From Trichinella spiralis (lineage: Eukaryota), in contig NW_003526941.1 of assembly GCF_000181795.1 (NCBI RefSeq), forward strand, positions 10,717,782 to 10,739,203: a stretch of DNA of 21,422 bases. The letters run 5' to 3'. The position numbers and the translations under genes are program-made. This document shows, one piece after another, positions 10,048-21,395 of this stretch. Below the pieces are notes generated by a model that was not told the DNA's origin, ran no database searches, and worked only from the letters and a program-made list of their open reading frames with translations. The stretch's first letter is position 1. Each line of letters opens with the position of its first letter.

Positions 10048-12356
10048 TCAGTGGAATTTTCGATACAATGCAAAAATAATAAAAACACAACCAACAATAA
10101 AAACTATGCAACAAATTGTCGTGATTAATGAAAACTCAATCAGACCAATGTGTTCTATGGGCTGTTCTTCGGGAAGTTGGTTTGTGGCGTTCAGCATGAA
10201 TCCCAATGTCCAGCCAATTTCAGTCGAATCAATCTACAAAATTTGCATTAGAAACAAAACCACTCGAACAATTAATTAATGAATAATCACGATTGATGAA
10301 AATTTTCACTCACTTCGTTAACAAATTCAATTTCTTGAATTTGAGCATCAGAAAAATGATAAGCATCTTTGAACAACGTCAACGAATAGAGACCAGTGAA
10401 ACAATAGGTGGACAGGAAAGTTTTTTTGTACGGATACGCGGCCGCTTCGATGGATGACCAAGATTTTTCACAATAATTTTGCACATTTTCAAAAAATTTG
10501 TTATAACTACAACCGGATGTACAGTTGAAAAATTTGGCAGTCCAATACATGCCAGAAAATGCCTAATAAAATGATAATAAATTGTCCTTATTTGCCGTGC
10601 AATGCAATTAATCAAATTCACCATGAATTTTCCTCGTGGTTTTGGAATTTTCGCTTTTTTAACTGAACAAGCCGAAGTGTCGAGCATGTAACGGATTTTC
10701 TTCAAACAAGAGTGCGGATCAGAAGAACCACGAAATACATAATTCGGCAAAACATTCTAAATATTCAACAGCTGAATATAAAAACAACACAAATAAACAA
10801 ACAAACATTTGGTTTTTGGTTAAGTGAACACGGCATCAAAAAAATTTGTTCACTCGTCACGTTCAGGGTGTAATTGAGTGGCAAACAGGGATGTAGCGGC
10901 TGTTGATTTGCCGTGTCCTCCTGTTGGGATGAGTTAATTTATGCGAAACAGATTTAAATAAATAAATAAATAAATAGCAACAACAATTTACTGCAACAAT
11001 TTGAGCTTGAATAATTCGTTGTACTTCGTTCACACCACAGCACAAGTAACTGTCAACAAACAGATTGTACGTTTCACCAAACAACTTCAACGAGTAATTA
11101 CGTTCGGTAAATTCACTGCTATTTATCTTAAAGTGTGCATAAATAAATAAATAAATAAAATACTATCAAAATTTGAACAATTTCAATGCAATATATATAC
11201 TTCAAATATGATCTGCGTTGACGCACCGCCCAAATCCATAGCTCCAATTGTCAATGGTCGAATGTCATTTAATTTTGAGGCACTCTGAATCAAATCAAAT
11301 CAATTAAACAGAAGAAACCATAGCTTTGGAAACAATTAAATGATAAAAAAATAAAAATATTAATAGTATTTACGTTCATTAAACGATGACTGAGAAAGTT
11401 CAACGTTATCCAACCGTAAATACCTTCATCAATACCACTTATGATACTGGCATTTTTGAAAAGAAAATTATACGAATGCATTGTATTGCTGACAGCATTT
11501 ATTATTTTACAGCTGCTCAAAGGATCACGAATTCTGAAAAAACAATGATATGAAACTTTATGCACAACAACAACAACAACAAATATATAAATTACTCGAG
11601 AATACGCATGCCAGCCGTGGCTGCTAAATACATCGCTGTCGCAGAATGTCGCTTGGAAGGTACAGTAGCGGATGCATTGTTGAGGCAAAATATCAAAGAA
11701 TTGCCTGCATCTGTAGGATTGTCAGTAAACGAAGATATTCCATCTTCTATAAAACAAAATAGAAATATGCAATCAAACGTTGACCCTGTTGAACATAATA
11801 ATTATAAAGTAAGCAGATCAAATAAAGTAATTATAGATTGAAATAATTTTTTCTTCATTAATACAACACACAATTTACCTGTTGAGCAAGACGGTGCGTA
11901 CTGTTTTATGACGCCAGTTTTATTTTTTCTCCCATTCCATGTGTATATGTATAAACCAGAATGACTAGAGCCGGCATCAATTATGATACCAAACTATAAA
12001 AAAACATGAAATAGACGGGGAAAAAATTAATAATTGAACGCACTTCGTCTGGAAGATCGCCAGATAATGCGAACAGTACAGATACAGCAGTCAGTCCGAC
12101 CAAACTGATCAGCAGTGCCACAGAACCAAGCCACCACCAACTATTACGACTGCGACTGCTATCTTCACCTATGAAAAAATTATGAATAATATACATTGTG
12201 CCACTCTTATAATTGCTTGTATATGCATGTAATAGATGTTTTTTAAGGAAAAAAGTTTAAAAGTGATCAATTGAATAATAATAATCGGTACGCCTTACCC
12301 TGCAATACCATAGATTTGACTTTTTCATTGACATTGAATTGGTGAACAAAAGACAT
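10048..12356 (-). CDS. Ectonucleoside triphosphate diphosphohydrolase (GDA1/CD39 family NTPDase/apyrase) with N- and C-terminal TM helices, 503 aa. Exons 12356-12299, 12168-12044, 11993-11879, 11746-11596, 11533-11374, 11284-11201, 11126-10992, 10920-10807, 10756-10622, 10562-10314, 10233-10048
   Basis: All five apyrase conserved regions are present: DAGSSHS, ATAGMR, GIDEGIYGWITLN, DLGGASTQ, GWTLG. TM1 is WWWLGSVALLISLVGLTAVSVLFAL and TM2 is FSLITTICCIVFIVGCVFIIFALY. All introns are GT-AG and in phase (1512 nt). Confidence 0.93.
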
Positions 12357-14876
12357 AGCTTATTAATCGGCAATGCTTTTAATGAGTAGCAGGTATAAAG
12401 CGTGTAAGCTTATTTTAAATGTTTCACAAAACTGGAAAATTGGCTAGCTATGACAATAATAAATCATAATTTTATATACCAATCATGCGGGATCATTTTT
12501 CCCAAAATCAAACAACTGTTATACGATTGTTGATTATTGTCCACTGGCAAAATTGAACTGTTTTACTTTTATTAAAGCTGGAAAAAATACAGGAGAAAAA
12601 TAAAAGTGAATATTTCCAATCAATCAATCAGCTAACAACATTTTTCACACGCTAAAAGGCAGTGACTGTTGTTGAAACCAGTAGGCTAAATGCTGAATAT
12701 GACTTTCTGAATGTCGAAGTGCAACTCATTCACCAAAGTCAACATCATCAATGGGGAACAATGTTCAATTTAACAAAACTTGACGTACAAATTATGAATA
12801 ATAATAATAATAATAATAGTTTTTATTTTCTTAATAAACCATATCGCTTATTCCACTTGAAAGTTATTGGACAATTTAATTTGACAACAATAATAGTCAA
12901 CTGTTCTCATTGAAAATCCAATGCCAATAAATAATTTCTGGTTTTAATCTTCTACAACCGGGTTGTAAGAAAATTCATTTTAAGCACAACCTCAACCGTG
13001 AATGATAATTGCTTCTTGCTAACCAGTTCAAACGGACCAGTCAAACCATATTACAACAAAGACGAATTACAAAGTGACAACAAATTGTACAATTTTTATT
13101 TATTTTTTAATTAATACATATGCAAATAATAATAAATATTTATGATCAATTCAAGTTTGAGCAATTAAGCGCTTAAAATACAAAAACCAATATATATCAA
13201 ATAAATAATTTATCAAAAATTGGAGAAAAAACAATTTTATAAAAAATTAACATATAGATAAGTCAAAAAAGGAGGAAAAAACTCTAATTGTTTCAATTTG
13301 TATAAATTATACAATAAAAATTACAAAATAATTTATTTTAAGCTGAATGAAATAAATCAATAAAATCAAAGGAGGAAAAAAAAAGAACAAATCGACTTGA
13401 TGATTATTGAAATTGACAAAATGATTTAAGCTGTCATATCTAATTGAAAAGAATAATCAAATGTTCTAATCATTAACATGAATTGCACATCAAACAATTT
13501 TGTCACATTAAATGAAGGATGAAAGATGTAACAGTATTTAAATTTTAATAAAGCAACAACAGTGGGAAATTATGAATTTTTAATAAAAACACTTTTTTGT
13601 CAAATATTTTCCCAGCTAAATGAAACTAGCCTGCGCAGTGGAAAAGCTTGCAAACGTGAATAACCAGTTGTTACGGTGTTGCAAATAATTTTGACTTAAT
13701 AATCCGCTAATAGCGTTAAACTTACCGTTCGGCAAATGTCAAATAAACGAGAACAAATAGACTGCGCAAAAATTTAATGATCCAACGAAAACAATTATTA
13801 AAGCTAAAAATGATTTTTGATTTTTGAAGAAAAAAATTTTTTTCAATTCATTTAACAACTCGCATGATTACAAACAATGCTTTATTTGATTATGTTTGCA
13901 TTATTTATTGTTCATCATTCAAATTATTCTAATACAATAGCAAAACTGAAATTATCAATGTTGAACTAACTGTTCATGCCAGATGTGCAATTTTCACAAA
14001 TTTCACAACCGCACATCCACGTGAACCAAAAGCTTACACAAAATATCATTGCTATGTTTTTCTCGATTGAAATGTAAAATTGAAAAAAATCAAAAATTGA
14101 TAAACAAAAATTCACACAAAATTAACCACAAACAAATCATAACTCTATACATGCGTGTTTGGATTTGCAAAGAACTTCACAATAAAAAAATATACACTTT
14201 TAAAATGATTGATAATAATCGAATTGAAATTAGCATCGTGGAAAATTAGCATTATCAAATAATTAGATACAGAAATGATTATTCCGCTTTGTTTGTTCAT
14301 TACGATGACCGTTTCTGATCAAACAGAACGCTCATAATTATAACAATCATAAAATGTTGCTCATCAGTAATATGAAAAAAGGAGACAGGGAGAGAGAAAA
14401 AGGATAAATTATTTCAACTATTACTCACCACAAATAAACAGATAAAAATGAAATGACAAACTTATAATAAACAATTTCACCAATCAAATGCCATTATCAT
14501 TACAATGAGTCATTTATAAATTGTATTATAAGGTAATGTCAATGAATTGTAATAATAATAATGCTGTACATATAAGCATGTATGTAGAAGACAACAGAAA
14601 ATGTAGGTTATGATAAATTTGGTAAAGAAAACGAGTTCACTTTTCAAAAAGCATCATTGTCATTATTGAAAAAATAAAGTTGAGAAGAGGGACTGACTGA
14701 CTGATCAATCAAACAGCTTCCAAATAAATTAGAAAAAAAAATTTTAATATAAAAAGAAAACCTTGACATGAATATTTTAATTAAAAAGAAAAACAAAACA
14801 ATTATTATCATTACTGATTGCAATTAATTCAGTTATTTAAAATTCTGCTCTTTTTTAAATTTAAATTACCACTCAC

Positions 14877-14967
14877 CACTTTTATTGGCAACAGAAGATA
14901 TTTGTATACGGGATATGTCGTCGAGGCCGGGTGAACGCTTAAAATATGCCGAAGCGTTTGTAGTCAT
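14877..14967 (-). CDS. Candidate alternative (distal) first coding exon of the NTPDase: MTTNASAYFKRSPGLDDISRIQISSVANKS(G)
   Basis: ATG-initiated, GC-richer 91-nt exon with an in-frame stop upstream. It ends in a consensus donor G|GTGAGT in phase 1, the phase required by NTPDase exon 2 (acceptor at 12169). Confidence 0.6.
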
Positions 14968-15031
14968 CGAGTCATTGATTGCACAATCTCAGTTTCTGAT
15001 CATTTTGCAATTGCAGCTTTTCAGAATTGAC

Positions 15032-15032
<1 letters not shown>

Positions 15033-15064
<32 letters not shown>

Positions 15065-15065
15065 C
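15033..15065. repeat. (CAA)10 microsatellite
   Basis: Perfect caa tandem run. Confidence 0.9.
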
Positions 15066-16831
15066 CGCATCATCGAAGAATACGAATAATATTAAAATGA
15101 TATTGGTAGGTAAACAGGCAATTTTGCTGGTCACAGTATTCAACGTTGATCGGGTGTGTTTCGAAAAAGGAAAAGCTTATGAAATAAATTTAACATAAAC
15201 AAACAACGAAACAGAAAAAAAATTTACATGCAAAATATTTTGAATAGCAAAAACGACGACGCAGTTTTGAACGGTTGTCGTTTAAATTCTCCGATTGATT
15301 GTTTCTGATTGCAAGCATACAACAAAAACAGACAATGTTCAACATTACAATTATCTGCTGCGAAAGCAAACAAATCCAACCGATTACTATTTTCCATTAA
15401 GAGATCATTACATGCAGCAAAATAAATACATAGTAACCAACCGTACATTTATTTACACAATTACCAATTTATCAGTTGAATAGAAGACAAAAACAACAGC
15501 AACAAAAAACCATCATCATATTTACAGTTGAACAATTTCAATAGAATTTTATTTATTATTATTATTATAAAAAGTTAATTGCTGATATATGCAAATCGAA
15601 GAGAAATAAACAACACTTGAACCAAGATACGACAAAAAATAACCAGCCCAATACGAAAAACTATACGGATAATACGAAAGTTGGATAAACAATTGAAATC
15701 AACCGTTGTTTACACAACAACAACAAAGAAGTAGTCAATTAAGAGTCCAGATTGAATTTTTCAACTCACTAATAATTATGTATATTTTTTTCTCACAGTT
15801 TCAGATAGATTTTTAAATGACGTCATTGAAACAAAAATTTCTATTTACATGAAAACTAATCCATACTGTATTTATTATTATTACTGCTTTTTGTTTTTGA
15901 CAAATAAAATTTTCATACTGAAAACAACGGTAGTTGGACATTTGCATTTGAAAATTTTCAAAAACATTTTTCAAATTCACACCAACTGCGTCAAAATTCA
16001 CCAGCAAAATTATCGACAAACTGTTCTGTTGTGACCAAGTGGACAGACAGTACGGAATCATTATTTGTATTATAATGAACATTGATTTTGCGAACAAATT
16101 GACATCATCAATGACGAATAAAAATACGACCATGTTCAATGAGCAATTTTCCCACCAAGGTGGCAAATTATTTGAACATTGTCAAAATTTTTACAATTTT
16201 ATAATACAATAAGGTTGTGAAATTTATTGGTAAAAATTATCTGACGAACAAAAAGAAACAACATCAAACATTTATCTTGTGATTGAACAAAAATTATCAA
16301 AATTCATCAAATTTATAAAACATGCATAAAATGATATTTTAAAAATTTTAAGAAAATCAAAATCTTTTGCAACAATAATAAAATTGGTGGTTAGATAAAA
16401 ATCGGACCGATGTTGTTGGAATCATAATCGACTTGTCATAATTATATTCAATTCGATTAAATCAAAGACTTTCATCAACGGAAATGTACAAATTCGCATA
16501 ATTATGACGCCCACCGACGGAAACAAGTTCTCCCATTTCACTTTTTCGCAATTTCAAAATTCAATAACAATTTCTAGGTCATTCAGTTATTTTTACCGTT
16601 TTATTAAATGACAACTGACATCTCTAAATAATAAATAATACAATTTTATCAATTGGCAAATGATTAAAAGTAGATAAAGGGAAAATTTACTACCAACAAT
16701 CACTCAATTCCAACTTATTGATCAAAAGTGCGATAACTTTTCACGTTCATTGGAAAAAAGATATTCTTGTATAAAATAAACATTTGCTGTTTCTTTTTCC
16801 TATACGCAGTTTCGGCACTTCATTTAAGCAT

Positions 16832-17328
16832 TTAAACTAACACTGGATTAAAAGCACTATCGTCTGAAATGTGACTAACAACTTCACATCGGCAGAAATT
16901 AAACATGCCAATCATATAAAATATTAATCTACTTTCATTTCTTTATACAAAATTAGTGAAATAAATAAAACCATACCTCGAACAGAAATTATCAGTTCTT
17001 CATCATTATATATGCCAAGTACGTGCAAAACATCTTCTGAATTCAGTGGCGAATGATCATGAAATCTCAGTACAAATTCTTCGTCTTTTTCACTGTGACC
17101 AGTTCGATATGCATATGCATTGATCACGTCTCTCACTTTAAAATCACTGTCCACTTCCAACGATACGGATGATTCGTTGTAAAACAGCGACTTGATAAAT
17201 ACCCGCAACGGTAGTGAAGCATCAGCTCCGGCAGAATGAACCAATTCTAACAATGCGCACCAGTTAATGTGAGCGAAAAGAGATTACGAAAAAATAATTT
17301 GCATACTGCTGTCAGACCGACAGTTCAT
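16832..17328 (-). CDS. Small ubiquitin-like (beta-grasp) domain protein, about 107 aa. Exons 17328-17307, 17246-16977, probable last exon 16863-16832
   Basis: LRVFIKSL...SVSLEVDSDFKVRDVINAYAYRTG...FVLRF...PLNSEDVLHVLGIYNDEELIISVR follows the ubiquitin/SUMO-fold pattern. Introns gtatgc..ttgttag and gtatgg..tttcag are in phase. The last exon is uncertain. Confidence 0.65.
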
Positions 17329-18358
17329 TGGTCAGAGTGTGGAATAACCACAAAACAGCACAACATATCCAGAATCAACAAAATGGCAGTAGCTTTTTCA
17401 CTAAAATAAGCAACAGAACATCTTCAAGCGTGTTGAAAATATTTTCAAATCGAGCATACAACGCAGTCATTACAAACGGCCCGTTAGCATTTAAGAACAA
17501 TAAAACTATTCTTTCGCAAGATACGCCTTATTTAGTCAATGGCGAAAACTTTCAACCAAATATGACGGCAAGAACTGCCGGCAAGTGCAACTTAATTTAT
17601 AAGAAAAGACATGAATGAAACAACATCATCCACAACTAAACGATAAAGCTTAAATATACAAATGCGCATCATGAACGTCAAACAAAAAATCTGTTTTTTA
17701 ATGTAAAAAATTAAAGCCAAAAACAAAGAAAAAACAAAAAAAATGAATCGTTAATAAAGTGGAAAATTATTTACGTAAAATGACTTTTCATAATTGCAAA
17801 ATACACTAATTATAGCAAAATCAAAATGTCACATTTTTTCAAAGCACAAACAATGATCAATTCAAACATGTTTTTTTTTGTTATTATTACAGTTACTGAT
17901 TGTCAAGATTATCGAAATGGAAATCAGTTTCAAAATTTGAAAAAAATTATGTTGCAAAAATAAATAATCAAGTTTCACTTTAAAAATGCTTCAGTTGTAT
18001 AAAGTGAACATTAGTTTACAATTTTCATCAAACATTCTTTAGACAATGGTAATTTACCAAATTTTATTACTGTAGAATTTATAACTTAAATAACTTGAAT
18101 TGCATTGATTGTTTTTTTTTATTTTATAAAAGTACATTATGATTAAAATAATATATGGAATGTGATGTTTTTAGTAAGTAATAAAGAGAACATTACATGC
18201 AATTCAAAATTTTCTATAGTATTTGTTTCGTGCTTTTCATTAACGTTTTTGGACTATTTTGTTCATTTCCTGTTTTCGTATTTTCTTAAAGAAAAGTACA
18301 AATAAACATTCTACTGAAATTAATATTTATTTAAACGATAAAAATTACAAAAAAAAAT

Positions 18359-19376
18359 TCAGCTTATCGAATCAATCAACTGCAATCCAAAATCGACCAA
18401 ATAAACACTGACATTATGGTGGTGGATGGCAGTCAAGGCGATGTCCGCAGCACTGGGATCGTTGTTATTGATCGCCAAGACGAAGGACTTCAAATGAAGA
18501 TAAATTTCCACGCTGACAATGTAAGAATCGTTGGGCAAAAGTGAACCTTGGCATGACGACAAAAGTGCCTCGTCCGTTTCATCTGAATAACGTTGCAAAA
18601 CCCGCTTTTCGAAATCGTTCATTTCACTTTTGATCGGCTTCAACGCTAATAAAAGCATGACAGTAATAATTTCCAGCTCATTCAAATGCAGTTTCCTGAA
18701 ACCGCTGTTCGGCCACGATTCGACGATTTGCCTGTAAAAGTTTGAAGTTCGCCTTGCATCGGCCAAAAATCCAACCGACGTCTCCACGCACAGTTTCCAA
18801 CGTAGGGCGTGTCCAACAGCGTGCGGATGAGTGTCCAGAAGATGTATCGCTTTTTCGAAATTCTGTATCGCATCTTCGGGATGTTGCATACAGGCTAGCT
18901 CTTTGCCAAGTTCGATTAATAACGAAGCGGCTAACAGCTTCTGTCCTTGGGACAAATGCAATCTGAAATCCACAATGACAATTTGTCATGGTTTACCTTT
19001 ACTGCACCATCGCCTACCGGATTGCTTCATTGTAGCAATGCATTGCCATGTAAAGGCATTCCATGGAAAGTCGATTTTCAACAGATTCTTTCTCCTTCTC
19101 CGCACGTATGTACAGTCGACCAGCTGTTCTATATTCGACTGCCTCTTGGTCAATATTGCCCAGTTGATTTTTACACTTTGCCATGTTCATCCTGCACAAA
19201 GCTGAGTATTCGGTACAATTTTCGTCCAACAACCGACTCGCCAACGCGTCGTAATCTTTGACTACTTCGGCCAAATTTGGCGAACGGAATGCCCGTTTAC
19301 GAAGTTTCCCCTTTATGGATACAAATGTCTGCCATGGGTCCACGTACAGTTCTGTTCCGAATTCATCCAAAGTCAT
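18359..19376 (-). CDS. F8A1: 40-kDa huntingtin-associated protein (HAP40 / Factor VIII intron 22 protein) homolog, 320 aa. Exons 19376-19018, 18962-18359
   Basis: KLRKRAFRSPNLAEVVKDYDALA...EYSALCRMNMAKC...AGRLYIRAE...YNEAIRLHLSQGQKLLAASLLIELGKEL...AIQNFEKAIHL resembles HAP40 as recalled (KLKKRFLRKPNVAEA...AARLFL...RLHL...AAALCLELA). A 55-nt GT-AG intron joins the two ORFs in phase. Confidence 0.88.
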
Positions 19377-19405
19377 TTCTATTCTTAAACATTCAATTTC
19401 AAATA

Positions 19406-19432
19406 CTGAAAACAATTTTATTAAACTGAAAA
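19406..19432 (-). promoter_or_regulatory. Two tandem TTTTCAG acceptors upstream of HAP40; candidate intercistronic trans-splice sites
   Basis: TTTTCAG at 19432-19426 and 19412-19406 on the minus strand, about 80-100 nt downstream of the MED22 stop codon and its overlapping AATAAA. Confidence 0.5.
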
Positions 19433-19509
19433 AACAGAAAAATACAAATAACTGTGGATTAATACCTACATGCGGTCAATTGAAAATTTTAATGCAACAA
19501 AAATGTCAT

Positions 19510-20162
19510 TTATTTATTTTCATTAATGCTACAATCTAATACAGATACGCTGTTTTTCAACGCAGTGTTGTAATATTCTTGTTCAGCTTCTTGAAGGTAA
19601 AATGTCATTTCTTCTTTGACGGCGATCAATTTATCACGAAATTCCCTTTGAGTTATTTGGCTATGGACGGCAGCGGTAGTAATGGATTCGTTGATGTAAG
19701 CGAAATCGTTTAAAATAAGAAACTGTTTCAAATCGGTGACCATTTTTATCAACGCTTCAGCAGCGTGAGTCTGCAAAAATTGGAAAGTTTCATAATTCAG
19801 CAGAATATATTTAAACAAAAAAAAACAAATTTATACCATGTTAGCTGCACGGATTTGCATTTCAAAAAGCTCATGCTCATATTCAGTAAGACGACTTACT
19901 TGACCTTCTTCCCCTACCTGAAAAACAATATTTCAAAAAATTAAATTCAAAATTATTTCATAAAAGTTAGAAATTCAAATTTAGAAGCTAAAAACAAATA
20001 TATACATAAATAAACGAATGAAAAAGGAAAACATACCTTTGCCATTCGAATGATTTCAGTGAAGTTTTCACGGATAGATTTCACGCTACGCTGTAAAAGA
20101 ACCTGATATTCTTTCAAAAGCATAGCTTTACGCGCATTAATGTTCTTTCGTCCTTCATCCAT
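19510..20162 (-). CDS. MED22: Mediator of RNA polymerase II transcription subunit 22 (SURF5), 155 aa. Exons 20162-20037, 19917-19837, 19770-19510
   Basis: LLKEYQVLLQRSVKSIRENFTEIIRMAK...EMQIRAANMTHAAEALIKMVTDLKQFLILNDFAYINESI...EAEQEYY is the Med22 signature. Both introns are phase 0, GT-AG. Confidence 0.94.
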
Positions 20163-20718
20163 CCTTTATTTCTTATTAGTCGCCTAAAAAGGATAAATAA
20201 ACATACAATTTTTTTAGTACTAAGCCACAATATTAATATTTATTCATAATATGTTTAAAGAAAATTATTTCGCAGAATGCATGATTAGCATAATGCACAC
20301 TATCAAACTGACAAAATTGTTTCTTAAAGGAAAACTTGTTCAAAAAAGGTATTACCATCAGATCTGCACAAATTTAAACAACTTTAATGTTTATTATTAA
20401 AAAATCGTTTCCATAAATACTAAAAAACTGCAATAAATCATACAATAAAATTGAAACCATATTACAGTATTGTCATACTGTAACTTGGAAAGTTTGAATA
20501 ATGCGTCTAAAACAAATTAATTGTACGTCGCTTTCAATTTTGCCATTTTACCTTCAGTTTAATAAGAAAAAATGGTTTTTATATTAACAAATATTTATAT
20601 GATTCTCATTTTTTAACTTACGTTGTTTGCTTGTACAAGCAGGCAGGCACCGTTTGGTCAGTTGATTTTAATTGGCATTCAGTTTAAGGAAAACAAAAGA
20701 TCGTTTCTCACATATTTT

Positions 20719-21395
20719 CTACAATGAATGAATTGCAGAAACGATTATTTGTTCAAGTGCGTCCGTGTCAAACGGTATTCCTGTAAACAATGCGGCTTCG
20801 CTGAAAGCACCAGAAACTTGGTTTTTCTTAATCAATTCGATTCGCTCTATTAGTCCATGGACAACAGTGACTCGTAATCGACATTCAAATTGACTTCTTG
20901 GCCGAAGCACACGGTCGAGAACAAATTTCGGTGACTGACCAAATCGCCAATTCCAGCTTTTCAATTGTTCAACATTATCAGATATATTCACAAAATGACC
21001 ATCATCGACGTGTAAAACATTTTCCACTTGACACGACTGAACAAAAAATTTTTTTAATCATTTTCATACGTCTTCATTTTATTAAAATCATACTTCATAA
21101 TTTCTGGCAAAATCTTCAACGACTGCTTCTACAAGTTGGTCATAATCCAATTCGGGTTGAAATTGCCGGAGAGATATGACCGAAGAACGTCGACTCTCTG
21201 TAGCATTTGTCAAAACTCCGCGCTAAAAAAATAAAACATAACTCTTTATTTGTCTCAAAATAAGAATAATAAAATATAATACCATATTGGGAAATTCTAA
21301 GCAAGAGAAAAGGTCGTTTCTAGTTTAGATCCAGCAAGACAGTCAAATGATGATAAGCTGCATTTGAAGTTCAAATTTGCAGCCGTACAAAATAT
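20719..21395 (-). CDS. LIPT1: Lipoyltransferase 1 (LIPT1/LplA-like), 3' part only. Exons 21395-21283 (disrupted as given), 21222-21094, 21036-20719; the gene continues beyond the window
   Basis: Motifs AAYHHLTVLL, GVLTNATESRRSSV and LKSWNWRFGQSPKF are typical of lipoate ligase/lipoyltransferase. The last two exons are intact, but the first visible exon contains frameshifts and stops. Confidence 0.8.

Noticed and set aside
12953..12967. Near-palindrome tacaacc-g-ggttgta
   Set aside because: A single short inverted repeat without supporting context; compatible with chance.
13655..13720. Second stem / AATTTTG / stem pattern
   Set aside because: The stems are weak, with loops too short to form; expected by chance in AT-rich DNA.
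14885..15100. Plus-strand poly-Q ORF
   Set aside because: Produced by the (CAA)n microsatellite and antisense to the better supported minus-strand exon; non-ATG start.
15813..16166. 117-aa hydrophobic minus-strand ORF
   Set aside because: Non-ATG start, hydrophobicity explained by T-richness, no recognisable domain.
18678..19539. Several alternative-frame and antisense ORFs over HAP40
   Set aside because: Shadow ORFs of a GC-richer coding region.
20347..20366. aggtattaccatcagatctg, loosely resembling a Trichinella-type spliced leader exon
   Set aside because: No AG|GT donor at the expected position and no downstream Sm site with SL-RNA stems.
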